Assembly: GCA_039809385.1 (NCBI GenBank)
Contig: JBDHUY010000016.1
Coordinates: forward strand, 1-37,929
DNA: 37,929 nucleotides
Reading direction: 5' to 3'
Origin: Candidatus Altimarinota bacterium
GTDB lineage: Bacteria > Patescibacteriota > Gracilibacteria > JBDHUY01
Shown: piece by piece, positions 33,322 through 37,929 of the stretch
Numbering within the stretch: position 1 is the first letter of the stretch
Layout: each line of letters begins with the position of its first letter
Made by a program: the position numbers and the translations under genes
Notes under the pieces: generated by a model
What the model saw: the letters and a program-made list of their open reading frames with translations, nothing else
What the model was told of the DNA's origin: nothing
The model's database searches: none

Positions 33322-35265
33322 TTAAGCATTAGGAGGTAATGGGTTCGAGGGCCCTGCTCCGCTATACGAGACCGAGGGCATGCTTGCCGGCTGTTCGGCC
33401 ATCATCTGATCGCCCGGCACGGTTGCACCCTGCTGCGCGGCAAAAAGTTCGGGGCGTTGTTTCTTGGCTACGATTGCCATGCGATGCGCTTCTATATGCT
33501 TTCTTTGGGCTTCGTTCTCGTCGGCTTTCAAATGCTCCATAATATGCACCAGATCGTCGTCGGTCGGCTTGACCGGCACGTTTTTTCCCTGATTGATCGC
33601 ATCGTTCTCTTTCTGAGCCAGCAGCTCTTCGGGAGTTGCCGGCAATAATAATTCGATTTCGTATGGTTCAAGCCCCGATTCTTCGGCCAATATTTTTTCG
33701 GCATATCGTTTGTTCGCATACGGATCTTGACCAATCATCGTCATCAGATTACTGATCACCTGCAGACGATTGCGTTTCTTGGCTTCGGCCAAAACACGCG
33801 ATTCGACCGTTATGTCAGGATCCACCGCCATGATCACATTTTCCCGAGTCATCTTTTTCATCCGCTGCCCGAAAGCGCCGGTAATGCGCACAACCTTTTT
33901 ATCGATACCCTGCTTGAAATGCACCTTGTACTGACGGTACCATTGCTCCCAGAAACGCCGCTCGGACCAACCGAAGATCTTTGCACACAAAGAATAGCGC
34001 GTATCGACCTTCTGTTGGGCAATATTGAGCTCGGTCGCCGTACGTTTGTCGGCCGATAGCACACCCTGCTGAATATCAGGGGTGGCCGTAGCTTTTTGCG
34101 CCGAGACGTCGATATAATCCAAGATCCACTGCGAGGCGCCCGCCACGATATCCCGCCGAATCGGCTGTATCGCGCCCGCCACGTCTCCGTTTACTTTCAC
34201 CAGCTTATTAAAACCGAAATCCAGATCCTTGACGCTTTTTATTTTATTCACGTCAAAGGCCAATTGAGGGTAGAGACCCGATCGAATCCCTTTGACCAGC
34301 AGATTCTGCAAGACGGCACGCATCCGCTGCTTGTCTTCGAGCAGATCCGGGATCGACACGCCATCCCAGTTGTTTGCCACCGGGTAGATGGATCGATCGA
34401 CGCCAGGCCAGCGGGTAGTTTGAAACGATTCCTCGAGATTAACAAAACGGATAACCTCTTTTTTATCCGATGCCAAGGTGACAAACACCTTTTTCCCTTG
34501 ATAGTGTGTGAACCATTCGAGACACAAAAAGGTTTGATTATCAGACATCTTTTCATCACTGCCCTGCTTATAACCGACATCTTTATTCGGCTGACTGTTA
34601 AGTCCCTGATTTGTCGTGCGAATATTTTGGGCCTGATCAAACAAATTCTTCTGAGAAATATCGTCGACTTTCGTACGGGTTGGCATACGTAACACACCTT
34701 TCGATTTTTCGATATCGTATTTACTCAGGCGAATCTCTCGTCCGAAGAAACGCGCCGCTCCCCTGCCAATAAGATCGCCATTCAATGTGCGCGCCATAGG
34801 ATCCCGGAGCGTTACCATCGGATCCATAACCTCGGGTACAGGCACCATCATTTCTCTATTGAAGGTCAGCATGAGCATGATGGCCCGGCCGAAAAAGGTA
34901 GCGTTAAAGTCGTACTCGTAGTCGAGCACGTCTTTTTGCATGAGATCGTAATCATATTTCGCCATCGCATTCAGGTTTTCGGCAGTAAGACGATCTCCCT
35001 CTTCGACCTTGAGGAACTTCATCATCAAACGATCGTCGTAGAGAGCCGCCAGTACTGTCTGGTGGATCGTAAACATGAGCGGATCTCCATAACTGTCTTT
35101 ATCGCGAGTCTGGTTGTTATAGATCTTCAACCGCGTACCCCACTCGCTAAAGCGGGACTGCATAAATCGATACGCAAAATCGTACTCGGCTCTGACCTGA
35201 TCGATCAAAGATAGATACACAGTCTCCTCTATTTTTTTAGATTCCTTTTGAAGCTCTTTCTTCAT
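33322..35265 (-). CDS. Portal protein (P22-like size)
   Basis: 647 aa directly after TerL; GVSIPDLLEDKQR, RTATEL and DDDLVHIMEH motifs; Q/P-rich tail. Confidence 0.85.
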   Translation of the reverse strand: MKKELQKESKKIEETVYLSLIDQVRAEYDFAYRFMQSRFSEWGTRLKIYNNQTRDKDSYGDPLMFTIHQTVLAALYDDRLMMKFLKVEEGDRLTAENLNAMAKYDYDLMQKDVLDYEYDFNATFFGRAIMLMLTFNREMMVPVPEVMDPMVTLRDPMARTLNGDLIGRGAARFFGREIRLSKYDIEKSKGVLRMPTRTKVDDISQKNLFDQAQNIRTTNQGLNSQPNKDVGYKQGSDEKMSDNQTFLCLEWFTHYQGKKVFVTLASDKKEVIRFVNLEESFQTTRWPGVDRSIYPVANNWDGVSIPDLLEDKQRMRAVLQNLLVKGIRSGLYPQLAFDVNKIKSVKDLDFGFNKLVKVNGDVAGAIQPIRRDIVAGASQWILDYIDVSAQKATATPDIQQGVLSADKRTATELNIAQQKVDTRYSLCAKIFGWSERRFWEQWYRQYKVHFKQGIDKKVVRITGAFGQRMKKMTRENVIMAVDPDITVESRVLAEAKKRNRLQVISNLMTMIGQDPYANKRYAEKILAEESGLEPYEIELLLPATPEELLAQKENDAINQGKNVPVKPTDDDLVHIMEHLKADENEAQRKHIEAHRMAIVAKKQRPELFAAQQGATVPGDQMMAEQPASMPSVSYSGAGPSNPLPPNA

Positions 35266-35348
35266 GTAATAAAACTGAAGGTAAATCTTCAGCTAAATAC
35301 ACAGAAAAAAAGCAAAGTCAAGCGCTTTGCATAAAATAAACAGTTATT

Positions 35349-36794
35349 CTAGTTGTACGGATCCGGATCATGGTCGGATATTGTCTCTGATTGGAGCTCT
35401 ATATACGGGTTCGGATACCATTGTGGTTCGCGAATTAGTAAACGACCCAAGTTCTCGATCATATGATCGTCTTTGTCTACGGGTTTTTCTCGCAAACCGT
35501 GTTTATCGGCACTTTTACCCGTCCAGTCATCCCATCGATAATGTGTCATTTCATAGATCGTACGCTCGCAATTTTCAAAGATATAGAGCTCGGGATATCT
35601 CAAAAACTCCTCTCCGACCTGCTGGTACCCCAGAGCATCCTGTATTCGCTGGTCTGAAGTTGATCGCATTTTCGTGGCGGGCGTGTAAGCAAGATCGTAC
35701 TCCCTTAATCGGGTCATAAGCGATTTTCCGGTATGTTGGTCTTCTATGCCGGCACTGGGATCGATAATTCGTGAATCCATGCGGTACTGGGAATCTTTGT
35801 TTTTGATCCTGGTTGCCAGCTCTTCGGTCAATCCGGACATCCACAGTTCGTCGACAACGTACTTTATCCTCTGTCGATCCACCGCAACCCACAAAGCAGC
35901 ATCATTCGTTCGAGGATGTGGATCCAACGCATGGGAAACAACATAATCCGCATGATTCACATGGAAAGGTTTGATAATGTGAATTTTTGGAGAAAACATT
36001 TTAAACACCAACCCGGTCAAGTACTGAAACTTACCCTGGATACGGGCCCACTTCTCTTCTTCCGTATACTGGGAAATGATCCGTTGAATATTGTCGTGTT
36101 CCAAAAAACCCCGTACGCCGTGCTGCCGGCATGCGGTTTCGACATCGGCTTCAAGATAGGTTCTCGATCCTTCGTCATTCTCTTTATTCATAATGATCTG
36201 GTCGTACATCCAAGCCGACCCGGTCAGGGGGGTAGCCGTGATAAACATGAGTCCTCCCCCACGAAGACGTGATATACAAGCTTTATAAATTCTCTCTGGA
36301 GGGGGTTCATCCGGCCATATTAAACCGATTGTTGCTGACTCAAATTCTTTCGGATCCTGATCATACGTCATAATATCGATAGTCCAACCGGTATCTGTCT
36401 GCCATTCGTATTCATAATGTTTGCCCATCTTATTTACTTTATAACGACCTTTGGGAAACCAATAATACATTTCCTTTATTATTGTCAGATGCACAGTCGT
36501 GGGTTCGGAAACAATTCTAATCCGCTTAGGATAGGGCCAATTCAGAAAAAGAGGATGCTGAAAGTATGGATTTCCGCACGGCCAGATTAGATTAGCCAGA
36601 ATATTTACTCCGACTGCTGTTTTCCCGACCCCATTCGCCGCAGAAAAAAGCGTGATAAACCATTTGTTCGATCCGATCAGATTTATAAACTCCTCCCCTT
36701 TCCCGGTAGGAATATAGTAGCGATATCGCTCTTCGAGCATGCGTCGCGCCTTCTCCTGCTTGGCCTTCAAAACTATATCATTCGATGTTATCAT
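35349..36794 (-). CDS. terL: Terminase large subunit
   Basis: Walker A AANGVGKT, Walker B LIWPDE, ITATP motif, nuclease ALDPH and DDHMIE; likely start MITSND at 36794 overlapping the terS end. Confidence 0.92.
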   Translation of the reverse strand: MITSNDIVLKAKQEKARRMLEERYRYYIPTGKGEEFINLIGSNKWFITLFSAANGVGKTAVGVNILANLIWPCGNPYFQHPLFLNWPYPKRIRIVSEPTTVHLTIIKEMYYWFPKGRYKVNKMGKHYEYEWQTDTGWTIDIMTYDQDPKEFESATIGLIWPDEPPPERIYKACISRLRGGGLMFITATPLTGSAWMYDQIIMNKENDEGSRTYLEADVETACRQHGVRGFLEHDNIQRIISQYTEEEKWARIQGKFQYLTGLVFKMFSPKIHIIKPFHVNHADYVVSHALDPHPRTNDAALWVAVDRQRIKYVVDELWMSGLTEELATRIKNKDSQYRMDSRIIDPSAGIEDQHTGKSLMTRLREYDLAYTPATKMRSTSDQRIQDALGYQQVGEEFLRYPELYIFENCERTIYEMTHYRWDDWTGKSADKHGLREKPVDKDDHMIENLGRLLIREPQWYPNPYIELQSETISDHDPDPYN

Positions 36795-37410
36795 CCAAGT
36801 CTGTAATAGGAAAAAAATCACCGTACGGGCCAAGACCTTTTGCATCCTGTATATCTTTGACCTTGCCCTGCAGTATAGCGTCAAGCTGTTCTTCGGAGAG
36901 CTTACTAATATCATGCTCAACTTTTACTTTTTTCATAATCCGATTTTTAAGGGAGTTAAACTCCTTGATTGCACCCAGTTTTGACCTAAAATCATCATAT
37001 TGAGTCATCAAAAAGAAGAGCTGTTTATCAGCATGGAGTTCGTTAAAACCATTCATATCCAGTAACTGTGTGATCCTATTCGAGATCTTAACATTTCTTA
37101 ACAGTCGGCTCGCTGCCGCGGATGCAACATTATACCAGTTTTCATTTTTAGTATTAACATCGTATGCTTCTACGTATGACTTTACCCCATTGCCAAAAAA
37201 CTCAACGTCTGTTGCATATAATTTACAAAATTGTTCCTGCTGCAGACTCAGGCTATCTTTATTTTTTACAATAGGCACAGCAACAGTTTTCGCCTTTTTC
37301 CTCGAAGCTGATCTCTTTTGAAGCTTTCCCTTCAAAGGATTCTTCGTTTTGACCGGTGGTTTAATTTGCCGCTTCGCTTTCTTTGGCACGGCGGACTTTT
37401 TGGGCTTCAT
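36778..37410 (-). CDS. terS: Terminase small subunit with Lys-rich N-terminal extension
   Basis: LSLQQEQFCKLY...GNGVKSYVEAY...AAASRLLRNVKI TerS HTH; DISKLSEEQL tail. Confidence 0.85.
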   Translation of the reverse strand: MKPKKSAVPKKAKRQIKPPVKTKNPLKGKLQKRSASRKKAKTVAVPIVKNKDSLSLQQEQFCKLYATDVEFFGNGVKSYVEAYDVNTKNENWYNVASAAASRLLRNVKISNRITQLLDMNGFNELHADKQLFFLMTQYDDFRSKLGAIKEFNSLKNRIMKKVKVEHDISKLSEEQLDAILQGKVKDIQDAKGLGPYGDFFPITDLDDNIE

Positions 37411-37567
37411 TATCTATTTGGTTAACAATTTGTGAAATAACGCATTTTTTAAAAAAGTCAAGCTGCTCTTGAGAAACATACAGCTTCCCGTCGATCTCTT
37501 TCACTTTATGAAAATCGAAGTTGAACTTTCTTACGTATCGGACCACCCGGGCTAGATTGAGGGCCAT
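37361..37567 (-). CDS. Small hypothetical protein (possible DNA-binding)
   Basis: 68-aa ORF with ATG and A-rich leader, overlapping the terS start. Confidence 0.5.
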   Translation of the reverse strand: MALNLARVVRYVRKFNFDFHKVKEIDGKLYVSQEQLDFFKKCVISQIVNQIDNEAQKVRRAKESEAAN

Positions 37568-37642
37568 TATTTACTTTATTGAGGAACCTACATTTTGTTT
37601 TTAGTACCTAGTGAATCTGATGTGTAGAGTAGGATAGGTGGG

Positions 37643-37777
37643 TCATAGACTTACATCATAATTTATAGAATACTTTTGATAAGCCAAATATAGTATTGGC
37701 TTCCAATAATCACGAAAAGCAATCGCTTTAATTTTATATCGATAATATTCAACAAAGCTTCCAATTTTTATTGCCAT
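37643..37777 (-). CDS. Small hypothetical protein (44 aa, uncertain)
   Basis: ATG at 37777 (= position 85 in the repeat) overlapping the end of the 57-380 gene; MAIKIGSFVEYY... Confidence 0.35.
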   Translation of the reverse strand: MAIKIGSFVEYYRYKIKAIAFRDYWKPILYLAYQKYSINYDVSL

Positions 37778-37929
37778 AGAAAACATTATATAAAAAATCA
37801 ATTGTAAACTCGGACTGGCCGGATAGGTCAGTATCCAATTGCCAGTAGTCACGAAGTAATGATTCAATGACTGTAACTGGCTTGTGTACTGGATGCCATT
37901 GCCATAATCCGATCTTTTTATCCAACGTC
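37693..37929. repeat. Terminal repeat copy 2: 121 bp identical to 1-121, then a diverged homolog of 122-240
   Basis: After 37813 there are about 30 substitutions plus one 3-nt gap relative to 122-240; reading frame preserved. Confidence 0.9.

Noticed and set aside
12922-37321. Numerous plus-strand and alternative-frame ORFs overlapping structural genes (e.g. 18824-19648, 25011-25607, 34096-34692)
   Set aside because: Antisense shadows of well-supported minus-strand genes, with no motifs or start signals.
37814-37929. Diverged repeat as a diversity-generating retroelement TR/VR pair
   Set aside because: Differences involve all four bases, are largely synonymous and include a codon indel; no reverse transcriptase is encoded.

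Overview
The window is an apparently complete ~37.7 kb circular genome of a tailed temperate phage. Bases 1-121 recur exactly at 37693-37813, giving a unit length of 37,692 bp, and are followed by ~116 nt of a diverged allele of the same gene. The minus strand carries a podovirus-like late region: TerS, TerL, portal, scaffold, N4-gp56-type capsid, tail and beta-helix spike proteins, two large internal virion proteins, amidase endolysin, holin and a tRNA(CAT). It also carries an early region with a DNA methyltransferase, SSB and a lambda-O-like initiator with internal iterons. No integrase is recognisable. Instead there is a second iteron-containing initiator, an HTH/coiled-coil partition-like gene and a RelBE toxin-antitoxin pair, which suggests a phage-plasmid. 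AT-rich starts without Shine-Dalgarno sequences and some gene families hint at a Patescibacteria (CPR) host, but this is inference. The most unusual feature is a set of three minus-strand, promoter-driven non-coding elements (5359-5536, 7267-7451, 7492-7648). They share almost no sequence but have the same interleaved A-(a)-B-(a')-A'-B' pairing architecture, reminiscent of P1 C4 and P4 CI antisense immunity RNAs. One heads the early operon and two are orphans in the accessory region. One orphan has a 5' arm that is a perfect 13-nt complement of the Rep stop/next-gene start junction. An unannotated 40-aa basic peptide with two beta-clamp-binding-like motifs sits between ssb and rep.
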